Source of the DNA: Intoshia linei
Taxonomy: Eukaryota; Animalia; Orthonectida
Length of the DNA: 64,000 bases
Assembly (NCBI GenBank): GCA_001642005.1
Contig: LWCA01000058.1
Coordinates: 1,527 to 65,526, forward strand
Direction: 5' to 3'
The translations under genes were made by a program, and so were the position numbers. A model generated the notes under the pieces. That model saw nothing but the letters and a program-made list of their open reading frames with translations. It ran no database searches and was not told the DNA's origin. Shown one piece after another: positions 51,410 through 64,000 of this stretch; position 1 is the first letter of the stretch, and each line of letters begins with the position of its first letter.

Positions 51410-51432
51410 TGTCTAATAATATTAGCTTATAG

Positions 51433-51625
51433 GAGGGGTTCTCACACATTTTTCACGGCGGACCGTTAATAAATTATAAAATTTATCGCAGAGAATTAAA
51501 GCGAAATTACTAGGATCATTAAAAAAATTTATACTAAAAAATAATAAATTGACTCGTAATTAGTAAGACAAATTATTTCCCGAACCGGCAAAAAATTTTC
51601 ACGGACCAGCATTTGGGAAACACTA
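51433..51625. mobile_element. hAT-type MITE (related copy at about 58529-58710)
   Basis: Degenerate TIRs GAGGGGTTCTCA / TGGGAAACACTA. TSD GCTTATAG / GGTTATAG. Confidence 0.6.
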
Positions 51626-53764
51626 GGTTATAGTATTTACTAGTTATAATTTTATCAATGGATAAAAATCTAATTAAGAGTCGAAAAGTATTTCACCAAA
51701 CCGACATCTTGTTTCGAATTATTCATATACAATGTATTAAATATATATAGTATATAGAATGTATATTATACATATGTATTAATTAGTGTTTATACAACAC
51801 GAAAAAAATATACTGGAATAATAAGCTTTTTATAAAATTATGTTAAGATATCAATATTATTACTGAGATGAAATACTGTCAAAATAAGTAATAATAGCTC
51901 TGCGTGACCTAAACAATGTCCTGTGGGCCTCATATGGTCCGCTGATTTATCACATGTGACTAAATTAAGATTTGCATCTAATATAAAGAGATGCATTATA
52001 TATTGTCAAACTCAATATCATTAATGTTTTATAAAAACAAAATTCGTTAGTCAACAAAAAATATCGAAAATGAATGAAAAATATTTAGTTTTTTTATTTT
52101 ATCAAATTGAAATTAAAATTTTGAAAATTGGAGATTTAAGTCGTTGGCGAATCAAGGTCGTGGATAGGAAACACTAAAATTCAAGAACTAAAATTTTAAA
52201 AACTGAAATGATAAAATAAGAGGTCACATTAAAATTCGAGACCTACGTATACAAATTAAAAAAATGTTAGATTTCCCTATCCTCTTTTTAACTTCAGCCT
52301 TAATCCTACTGAAGTAACATTTTCACTTACTATACAAAAATTTTTTCTTAAATCATCTATTTATTTAGAATATTTATATTAATAAAATATTAATATAATA
52401 AAGCAATGACGAAGGACCTTTCCTATGACGAAATGTGGCTCAGATATGGCCCTATCATTTTTCACAGCTTAAATTCAAGAAAAAATAAAATTGTTTTTTT
52501 TGAATGTGATGAATCACTGAATTATTATTCAGTATCTGCTTTCGATAAGTCAAAAATATTTTTTATTAATAACATGCGCTCCACAAAAAAAACACATGTA
52601 AATAAAAATCACATCATTCAATTGGAAATAATATTTTGATTCCAATTAATATATTACCGCAACTTGAGGTCGCATTAAAAAATAGTCTAACTTTCATAAA
52701 ATTAATAAAATATTTAGATAACGGTAACATTTCAATTATAAAATGAAGTTACCATAAAGTGAACACAAGTTTTTATATTTGTGAAATATTTTTATATGGA
52801 GTGAACGTGCGATTATTTATATTCTAATTTTTGTGGAAGTTGGTCTGATGAACATTGTGAAAAGATTTATCAAAAAATCAGCATGTTTGAAAAGCGATAC
52901 ACAAAACAATACTATATAAACAAAGTTGTGTGATTAATAATTACTGATTATGTTTGGTCTATAAAGTTTTTATGTTGTTAACTTATACTTTTAAAAGAGA
53001 GCTCGAGACTGGGAGCCGAACATGATTTTATGCTAATACTTATTCAATTATGTACAGAATATTATAATGTCATATATATTATAATGTTTATGTATGTTTT
53101 TTTAGTTTACATATATACAATATATACAATACAATAATTATGTTAATAATACAATGTTAATACATGTAAAATGTTTATAATGTCATTATTAATGATTATT
53201 TAATTATTAATTAATACATAGTTTATATTAATGTAATATTATTAAATGTCGATTAATGATTCATTAATATGTTAATAAAATCAATAAATAAACTTATCAA
53301 ATGTAATATAACACGGGCTTCAACGGTGTAACCATGGATATATCATAATATATACTTTTATCCTCGAATAAAGTTCAAATTTAGTTTTTAGATAACATTT
53401 TTTATGATACATTTCAAATGTATAAACGCAACTCAAGAGCTTTAGTAAAGCTCTAGAATCTATTTTTAATGACTATCATAGATATAAACTAATCTTTTTA
53501 ATACAATGTAATTAAAAGTCAATTTATTACATTTTTTATCAAACTTCTAATACATATTAAATTAGATAGCGTTAATTAGAAATAATTACTATCATTGCGA
53601 ACATATCATTTTTAAATCTATTTTATTTCTGTAAATAATTTATAATTTAGATGATATTGGAAAAATTTTTTCGTTTTTGATGTAGCGAAATTTTGTTAGT
53701 CCAGCACGAGTAACGCTGTAAAACGTGAAATAATATTAAAATTTAAGGATTTTCATTTATACTA

Positions 53765-53931
53765 CAGTGTGTATCATTGAAAACAGTGCACTTGAAAATA
53801 ATTAATTTATTTAATTATTCGATATTATTGTTTCCCACAAATAAAAATTACATGGCTAATTCTTTATTTTGTCAATGCACTCATAATATGAAATTTTTGA
53901 ACAAATGCACTGTTCTAATTGGTACACCCTG
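53765..53931. mobile_element. Tc1/mariner MITE
   Basis: TA|CAGTGTGTATCATTGAAAACAGTGCA ... TGCACTGTTCTAATTGGTACACCCTG|TA. Confidence 0.7.
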
Positions 53932-54279
53932 TACGTATTTAGTAAATAATATTTACCAACGCGTAGGACGATTTTTGGATTTATCAATATTTTTAACAAA
54001 TAACATACATAATGTTCATAGTAATCATTTTTTGTCTGGTTAAGACTAACTTTCCTCAAAAATAACTAAAAAGTATAAAATGTAAAAAATGTAATATTCA
54101 CCAACCTAGGGTACAGTTATGTGTTAGGATTGCTTAAAAAAATTTGAAATACGTTTTCGAGTGTGTTAAAAAAAATTGTGTCTAACATTCAAATTTCAAC
54201 TCTATAAAATAATTAATCCTTCCCGACTACCGCTCTGTTCAATTTAGTACTAACAGACAGGCCATTGATAGGATGGTTA

Positions 54280-54609
54280 CTGTCTTTTCTCGATTATAAT
54301 CAGACCCCTGAAATACAAATTTTCAGTGAAATTTTTAACTAAATAAAATTTGAATATAAGCAGTTTCTGTTTGTATTCGAAAGAAAGATCTTTAACAAAA
54401 AAATAAATAACATCAATTTATTTCTAAAAACTAACTTCCTTCATACAATAGAATGTCTAATTTATAAGTTTACAGTAATTAGAAAAAAACTTTTAGTGTA
54501 TTTTTTATATTTTTCAAGGTCTGCTTAAAAGTCTGCTTGTTTTTAATTATAAGCATTTTTCCCTCTAGTCTCGAATATAAGAAGACTTCTTATAATCGAG
54601 AAAAGACAG
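54280..54609. mobile_element. pogo-like MITE
   Basis: Perfect 20-bp TIR CTGTCTTTTCTCGATTATAA flanked by TA. Confidence 0.8.
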
Positions 54610-56815
54610 TAGGGGTTATATGACAATCATGAGGGTCTACTTTTTAATTTATTAATAGGTAATATTGGAAAATTTTTTAAGTATACCAAAATTATCGTAT
54701 AATAAAATTTTCCATGCGTTTTTGTCTGTGCCGTTTTTGTTTGACCCTTTTTGTATTTGATGTTTCCAATGATACACTAACCTGTACTTTAAACATTTTT
54801 TTAATATATGAAAAGTCACCAATCGGATAAGATGGACCTTTCTATTACCAACAACATGCCGTCTTTCATATTTAATAACTATCAATAATCAACAACACAA
54901 TTTTTACACATTCAATTGCCCCTTTCAATATTCAATAATATTAAATTTCTGAACGGATCAAGTCTTAGCTAATTAAATTAATTTAAATCTTTGAAAATTA
55001 GTTATATGCTCTTAATTAAGCTTTAATTTAAAATTTTTTTAATTTTGAAATTAATTGAATGGTACAAGATATTCCATATCATATTCAATATTCCACAAAT
55101 GTCATTTATTGAATAACAAAACTAAATTGAAATAGTAAGAAATGTTTATTAGATGCTGCACGTTATTTAAATGATATTACTTTCAGACCTGGGGCATATT
55201 GAAGGACAAACAATGGTTACATTTATCATTAAATGATGATTGCTTGTGGTTAAATATTTTAACATGTTACTTTGAAAAATGATGTATTAAATTAAAACTT
55301 GGCATTGTTTGTCATGTATCAAGCGAATTGTGGCAAAATGAATACATTTGTAGATCCCTGGACGTTCAATAGTATAATAACGGAAAAAAGACAATAGTAT
55401 TTGGAATTGTATGCACAAAACAGAACATTACATTACACTCAAGTATTATCTAAATTCACTTTTGTCGGTATTAGATGGAACCCTGCTACAATACTTTCTA
55501 AATAATTCTATAGATGAAAGGTTAAATGATTAAACTTCAATCTCAATTTCATAAATGTAATACATTTTACATTATTCATATCTTGTGGCGGCAGTTTCTT
55601 CATGTTGTAATAAATTATCATTATTCGGAATGGTCAAATAACGGTAGGGTTTAATTGATTGTTGTATCATTTCACGCGTAAATTATATATTTACAATATA
55701 TAAATTTGCAATTTGATATCAAATGATATACTCACCATGTTCTCATATCTCTAATGATTCACATCAATTGTAGCATTACATATTTTATACCCATGAATAA
55801 TTTATTCTTCTTTTCATCTTTTTTTAATGGTTAATTTATTTTTTAACTGTATTTCTCATAAAATTACATTTTGATTTACATTTTAATGAGTCGTACATTC
55901 AGTGTACCAAAATCATTTTTTGTAATAATAAAATGGTTTTAAGGGTAAAATTTAATAAAATTGTAATGCATGCATGTTATGAATCAACATTTGATGAGAT
56001 TTATTTATATTCATTAAATGGAATACATTTATTTGATTTTCTATTAAAATAATTTATTAACTTTAACAATTAAAAGTATTATAAAATGCTTTGAAATTTT
56101 GATCACCGATTGGGTTAACAACTGTGATACCGATTCAAGACAAAATAGAACCCTTCAATCAAATTAAGTGAGGTCAAACCAAAGTAACGGATATGGTAGA
56201 TAGATTAATATTTAAGGTTATCGATTGACTAAATTTTGAGTCGTTACTATTTTGGATTTAGTACATCGGTGGTTCACCGATGAATATTGTTTTGACAATT
56301 ACAACTTACAACGGTAGTATATTGGCACGCCCACATAATTATTAAAAAATCAGTAAAGAAAAAAGATAAATGAATTGCGTGAGCCAATACTAATCGTTAT
56401 CGATTTTTATCGACACGCATTAATGGATACATTATAGTAAGTACGATATAATCATTTTAATCAAATCAAAAAGTTTGATTACAATTTGTAAAACAATATT
56501 GAAACGTGTTTTTTTCGTTTACTATCCATTTAAATATCCAATAAAATACACAACTGTGCCATTTTAATCGAGTCATACAATATAATAAAATTAAACAAGT
56601 GTAAACAATCAAATTGAAGCCACACACTATCAACTTATCAATATCAGTATTATCTAAAAATTTCCATTACGTTATCGAATTTTATTGGATTTAAAAACAC
56701 TTATTCTTCCAACACTTGTACTATTTACAATAATTATAAAATTTAATATCGACAATTTGTCAATTTACAAATTTATACTCACTTAAACAAAAATCTTAGC
56801 AAATTATAAATACTT

Positions 56816-59800
56816 ATGCCTCAGATTGGTGTATCTAATATAAATTCAGAGTCAGTTTTAATCGAATCCAATATATTACATATTGATCCAAAAAATGTTA
56901 TTTCACCGATTTCTTCACAAGTATCTAATCTCAAGTCTGATTTTAAATTGTTACAAATGAAATCTACTTGTTCTGTTACAGAATTTGAATACTTTAATCA
57001 ATTTTATCAACCAAATTCTTACATTCTAAATAATATGAATCAACAATTTAAATTAAAGTAATTTTTTTATTTTATCTTTTGTATTAGTTATCATTTTTAA
57101 TTTTAGAAACTCGGATTCGTTCAAATCTACGTCAAGTGTAATATTTTATTTTTATATTGTTTAAAAGTAATAACAATATAATTACAAATAATATAATATA
57201 ATTTATTTATTAATACTTTCATGATTTAACATGAAATTAATTAAGTTGACAATCATAGATTTTCAACGAACAGTCTTCATTGTAAAGATTATGATCAGAA
57301 TTGTAAATTATATTATTACCATATCTCAAGTTTGTAAAAAAAATGGATCCATTTTCAAATTTGAGATGGCTTGACATACTGCTTTCTAAGAGGTACAAAA
57401 AGAATTAACAAATAATGAAATAATGAAAGATTACAGTAAGCATACCGAGTACAAAGTAAAGTTAAATTCAGTAATAGTCATACCAATCATAGCCTAAGAT
57501 TTACTCTAAATACACTAATATTATCATATTTTGTTTCGTCCATGGTACAATGGACTGCATCCACAGCACAGTCGAATTACTGTAATCAGAAACTATGTTC
57601 ATAGGTAAACTGTATAACCTACATAATAATAGTACGGAAGTCATTCTAAATGAGTCAAACATCCCTTATATATATTTAATTAATTTAAAAACGAGCTATC
57701 CGTTTTAAAAATAGCTAAATTTTAGGATGCAACGAAACACTATAATTACTATAATTTACTGAAATCAAAAATTTGTAAAATTGAATATATAAATACATAA
57801 TGACAAAATGACTTGACTTTCAATAGTGGAATCGGAGAAAATGAATATTAAAATTATTTAATCCAGTGGTTTCCAAACTGTTTGATATGAAATTCAAAAA
57901 TTACATTGCACAAAAATATAGAAAATGAATGAGATGTTAAAATTTCAACATACTTTTCTGATGGTGAAATTTAGGGTTGACCAAAGACAACAATAGGCGC
58001 GGTTCAGAGGAAAATTTGAGTCTCTTCTGTGCAGACAATAAGCATTGTGAGTATTCTACCCATTAATTAATCTTACCGTTAAAATCGCTACGGTCTCTTT
58101 TTATTTTTAAAATAAAAATAAACAAATTGTAAATTTATATAATTTTTATACTTTTAAATCCAAATATAAAACGTTCATTCATAATTAAGAATAGTAACAT
58201 CTTGATGAGCGGACCGTCATATGACTCTATATCTGATTATATGATTTGATACATAATTTGGAGGATACCCGAAAATTTGGTGGTGGAGTTTACGTTTATT
58301 CATATAGTGATATTAATAAATGACACATGTCTAATGAATAACAAATTTAAACTAATTATTGTCATTCATGCTTGATTTAAACACTTAAAAATCAACCAAC
58401 TGATATATTTGTTTGGGTGACATAACTTGGATGTAAACCAACTTGTATGATAGTTTAAATTATAGCAATATTTGTTTAATTTTTCTATTTCATTTCATGA
58501 AATTTGTGAATTAAAATAATTTGTAAAGCAGGGACTCCCACATATTTTTTACGGTGGACCGGTATTAAATAATATAATTTGTCGCAGACCATTAAAGCGA
58601 AATTAGAAGGCAGCATTAATAAATTTTGATAAAAAACGTAATATATAAACTTGTAATTAGTAGAACTTTTCGGGACCGGTTCTGGTCCGTGGACTAGAAT
58701 TTATAAAACGATCTTATAGAGTATTTTTCAAGTTTAGAATATAATGTGTGTCATGGTGACATGGTCACGAATCAAATCAAATTTTTTACTCAAAAAAACA
58801 TACTGTAGAGACAGACTAAACGGATAACCTTTTGGAAAAGGTGTCCTTTTTAGCAACTGGCATCGTTGATTTTTTATTTTAGTAACGATGGATATACTAT
58901 ATCATTGAATCATTAAAATTAGTATTAAAATAGTTTGGGAACCTAAAAAATAATACTAAAAAGTAATAATAATTCAGATTATCTTTATGAGAAATATTGT
59001 AAAGAAAATGGGTTTTTACTGGCACAACTCTTTTGAAATAATTTAAATAAGTTACTTACCTCTATATAATGATATTTAACTAAAAAGTTTTCTCTCACGG
59101 GCCTGGATGCTTCTTCGTTGTGTGAAAAAGGCAACTGGTTTTACCGGCTAAATTCCGTGTGTTATTAATTTTTTAATTAAAAATCAAATTGTTTTATATA
59201 TGCGACATGCGAAAAAAAATTTTTGATCATGCTTTTAAGTGCCGCGATTATTTGAAATTTCATAAGGGTTTCGCGCAGTAAAAAAGGTTGAGAAACAGCT
59301 TTATGATACATTCACATCTGGCCACTCTAATAATAAATAAATACTAAAAATTATAAAATTAATAGAAAGTTGATAAAATTTTATTTACATTTTATTTCAA
59401 TATGACAGACTAATATATAATATATAGAATAATATGACTAAAGAATATGGTTTGAACCCCATTCGGGACCATTGGTCTAGATACTAGTAAATTTATACTG
59501 GAAATTCGTGAAATTATTAAAAATTAAAAAATTTTGAAAAAATGGTCCGCTTAATTAACCTCTATTGTATTACATTGTAAATTTTAGTTCATTACCATAA
59601 AAACGTGAATAAAAACCTAGCATCGTAAAATTCTATAAATACAGGTATAGATAAAGTTTTTACTGTGATCGAATAATCACAATTTCAGTATCTCAAATTG
59701 ACATTTGATTTTTGATAAAATTAATTTCATAGCATTGATTCAATAAACTTTTACATCCAATAAAACTATAAACTAGACAAATTTTATTATTTTACGGTGA

Positions 59801-62019
59801 TTATAAATGAGTTTATTATTGTTAATGTTACCTCAATTACATTAATTGGAGGTGAGAAACCTTTCAGTTATTTTATTATAAATTTTTCATAGATGATTTT
59901 TTATTATGCAGTCAATTATTGTACAATTGCATTTGATATACTCATACAAGGGTTACCAAACATTTGTATAAATTAATTTTTGTAAAATTGGGGTCTGATT
60001 TTTTCTAATTGAGTTTTAAAAAAACAATATTCTCGAATATTAACTATTTTATGTGTTAAATTAAAAATTACCAGTCAAGAGTCAGCATCAGGCTGTTCAG
60101 ATGGAATTTATAGTCCCTTTAATTTTTTTTTAAAAAATAGGACCTCTATACATTGCTTAATCTATTGTTCATAATCTAAAAATTAGAAATAAGCGTATGA
60201 AATAACATGAATTTTATTATTTTATAATTTTGGTTTAATGTAAAAATTTCCAACATTACCTGTTAATAAATTAAAAAAGTAGGCCTCTCATGATTGTAGG
60301 CCCGGGCCATATGTCCCTAGCCTCTCTCCACGAATCTGGCTATATGCACTACAGATCTTTTTCTAAAAATTTTAACTGCCTTTTTTTTAGGGTGACCTCG
60401 AGCTTGGTATGTTCGGCTCTGCCCTATGGTACATATATAATTTATGGATTATAAAAACTTGGAAAATGTAGTTATATAAATCCATAAATCATTAATTTTA
60501 TCAAAAAATTATAATTATATAGAGCATTTAACAACAAACTATTGTAATCTAGCTGATACTGATAACAAACATTGTCTATTAAAGATAAAACGAATTGACT
60601 AAAAAGATTGATAATTTATATTAAAATTAAAATGTATAGTCACGATTTCGTCTGAACAGTGATGTATCATCTTCATTTATTAATCTAAACAGAAATGATT
60701 TAAGTACCTATTTGACCCATTGCATTGTGTGAGAATTTATGATAATTTTGCATGTCATTCAGGAGTCTACTAATTTAAAATTTTATTAAAATTACAGTGT
60801 AAAAAAAACGTCTGTAGTTACTTTTAAAATAATTAAATTTAATGAAGATCGTGTCAATTTATAAAATATATCCGGTATTGGTTATAATTGTAATTCACAG
60901 TATTATTTGCAACTATTAACTTTAGAGGTTTTGTTTAAGCAGGGTTTGGACCCTTTTTTAACTAAAAAATGTTTTTTTAATTTTATAATTGTTTTAATGT
61001 GTATTTTTTATTTCCATATTTTGTATTTTAATTTTTATTTTCAATATAACAATTTGCATCAATTTTAATTTGAAAAATACTTGTCAATAAAATGATAGTT
61101 TACGTTTTTGACCGTGAAGATGAAAATGTCTGTAATTAAAATTTGAAGTTTGAAATTGATAAATTAAGACGGATCATGTTTGAAAAACTATCCATGCTCT
61201 ATGATTTATATTTTTAAATCATTGGGAACACACAGACATTAAACGATATATGGGCAAAACTATGTAATTTATATAATTCCTAAAAATTATAAAAATCCAA
61301 ATTACACCAAAACCTGAATTATTCAATTTAATTATAAACTACTATCCTTTTATGATAAAAGGAAAAATATAAATATCTATGTCCAAAAATATAAATTTAT
61401 ACAAATGTCAACGAATTTAACCCATGCTACCCTCAATAACAATAACAAATGTCATTTTGTAAAAAGCATTGTTCTATTCACAAACTACAATTGTATAATT
61501 TTGTCAACAAGAATTTATGGTCATTAAATTTGTGTTTGAAGATGGTCTTCAATGAAAAAGGTCATTAACCTCTAAAATAAATTGTCAATTTCAAAAAATG
61601 AAATTATAATGTTAGACAATTTAAAACGAAAATTTAGTTAAATAAAATCTATAAATAATGTATTTAAATTGATAATAAATTTTTTATATGATAAATTTAG
61701 AACGATATGATTGTGACGCCAAATAATAATGAAATTGAACCAACAAACATGAAAAATAATGAAAAGATAACCGCCCACCCAGATAAATCCGATTGCAATA
61801 AATCAAAAAATATTAAAAATGATAGCAATATAAACAATGATAATAATGATACATTAGATATGACGGAGTGTTTTGATACTCATACCTATGATATGCTTGA
61901 TAAATCAAAAGATTTTGTTAATTATGAAAATTCAAAAAACTGTTTAAACGAGTCGAATCGAGTGAAAATGTATAAATGCCATCAATGTTTCAAAACTTTT
62001 GAAAAATCTAGCGGATTGG
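56816..62019 (+). CDS. 5' part of a C2H2 zinc-finger transcription factor; continues beyond the window
   Basis: Exon 56816-~57057, probable small exon ~57107-57137, and exon ~61701-62019 ending in YKCHQCFKTFEKSSGL|GTACGT (finger split by an intron). The exon linkage is inferred. Confidence 0.6.
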
Positions 62020-62859
62020 TACGTTTAAAATGTCTTTTTAGGTTCAACTATTTATAAAAAATCTTTTATGGTTTACATCTATATTTTTATTATTATTGTA
62101 AATCATATATTTTTATTTATTATTAGAGTTTGATAACAGTAGATATTTTTATGATAATGGATTTGTTTCTTGACATTATATGTAAAGTTTTTGATGACAT
62201 TTAAGTGATTGGCATGGGTCATTCTATCTTACTAGTATTGTTTAGTAATACATTTAAAGTAGTTTATATGATTGTTTTTTATGAACAATTACAGGTTAAA
62301 ATCCTTCGCATTTTGGCATATAATGAACTGTCAATGTGTATGGGTTCGTTTTATTTGTCTCTTGAGGTTAATAATGTACACGACTGTAAATATTTTAATC
62401 ATTTGTTAAAGTTACATTTATGTCTCAATAATATTAGAATGTCTATCGTAACATTGTCCACGGTACATTGATTAGATTTTTTTCCGAGTTTTTCGTAATT
62501 CATCAGAATTACAGAAATACGTGTAAAGTATATTTAAAACATGATCAGTGAAAGAAGCAAAGTAAAGTAGAAAATTAGGAATATCTTCATTTTATTATTT
62601 CGATTTATTTTGATAACTCTTAGCTTAATTTTTATAACATTTCAAATTGAATGACAACGAATGACAATGAAATTGAAACCGAATGATCCTTCCATTTTCT
62701 GACTAATTCAGATTATCAAAATGAGAGCATTTTTAAAGTTCACGAGAAATGCTCGGATATTGACGTCTTAATTCACCATTATTTTTTTAACTATTCTTTT
62801 AATTAAAGTATAAAAAATGAAAATATTAAAATTTGAAAATGAGAATATGAGAATGTAAG

Positions 62860-63827
62860 AATTAAAAATTGCTTAGCATTAAAAAAAAATCCGAAAAAAT
62901 GAATTATATAGATTTTTACCCATATTTCTTTATTGGAAATTTGTAGACGTTTAATGCACACTTTTTTTAAAATTATAGGATCAATATTTACATTTTCAAT
63001 TTTTATTTTAATCGAAATATTTGAAAAATATTGGTTGAATATATTAAAAGTATTTTTCACCGGGAATGCGTAGATTTTTCGGGTCGAACTTTTGTATTTA
63101 TATCAACTGGAATAAGCTCTATCAGATTAAACTTTTTTTAAATTTTTAGACATTTAATTATTTCACATTTTTTGTTTTAATAAAATATTTCGGAAAAAAA
63201 TATATGTATATTAAAATTTTTTTTTGACCGTGAAGGCGCCACTTATTCAGATTGAATTTTTTGTGTGTGTTAACAGGATACAACTGTACCACCTGTAAAT
63301 TTTTTAAATTATAGGGCTGTTTTCATTAAAAAAAAAGGGGTAATTTGGGGTTTTGGCCCTGAAGATATATTGTTTTACATTTAAATTTATGATAATATTT
63401 ATGATTTTAAAATCCGTATTAGCGTATATATTTTTTTAAATTCTCCAGCTTTTTTGATTTTCAAAAAAAGGGACTATTGGGGTTTTTGACCCGTAAGATG
63501 TGAAATTGGGAGGTTGAAATTTATCTTATTATATGCCCCGAAAAAAACTGTAATTGAAACGTGGTCTTTAAAAAATTCTAAGAGTGGTAGTTATTTCAAT
63601 AAAGTTTTTGACCCGTAAGATGTGAAATTGGGAGGTTGAAATTTATCTTATTATACGGTTTTTGACCCTTAAGATGTGAAATTGGGAGGTTGAAATTTAT
63701 CTTATTATACGTCGAAAAAAACTGTAATTGAAATGTGGACTTTATAAAATTTTAAGATTGTAGTTATTGAAATAAACGGTAACACACACACAAACAAATA
63801 TTGCATAACATACTATATAAGTAAGGA
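62860..63827 (-). mobile_element. Helitron family copy with internal tandem duplication
   Basis: Colinear with 32240-33056. A unit of about 52 bp (GTTTTTGACCCGTAAGATGTGAAATTGGGAGG..) occurs three times, at about 63482, 63604 and 63658. Confidence 0.78.
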
Positions 63828-64000
63828 CTATCTTACAATGGATAAAATTGTTCAAAACTCAATAATATCGTTTTTACTCTAATGTACTCGGAACAACTTA
63901 ATTTAACTGTTGACAACTATACAAATTTGAAAAATTTCGTTTTCAGTTGAAATGACATTAAATTATTTAAATATCTGTCAAGCCGAGATGTATGACATAC

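Overview
Very AT-rich (roughly 22-25% GC by eye) animal genomic DNA with many tiny spliceosomal introns (mostly about 36-50 nt) and very short intergenic gaps. This looks like a compacted parasite genome; an orthonectid such as Intoshia is my guess (inference, not verified). Spliced genes I could reconstruct: the first exon of an SR/RRM protein (-), eIF3a (+), a multi-Sushi/CCP type I membrane protein (+), a mig-17/ADAMTS-like M12B metalloprotease with PLAC-like and ShK domains (+), SNW1/SKIP (-), Rabaptin-5 with a FYVE domain (+), a divergent VPS10/sortilin-like locus (-), an attractin that seems to lack its N-terminal EGF-CUB region (+), and the 5' part of a C2H2 zinc-finger gene (+). Larger introns and intergenic DNA are filled with a non-autonomous Helitron family, hAT, pogo and Tc1-mariner MITEs (many with visible TSDs), a Tc1 relic and a GC-rich DD40/41D mariner relic. 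The most notable candidates are an operon-like 62-bp eIF3a-to-Sushi junction, the domain-reduced attractin, and a group of possible host-interaction proteins. Exon boundaries were read by hand and may be off by a few bases.
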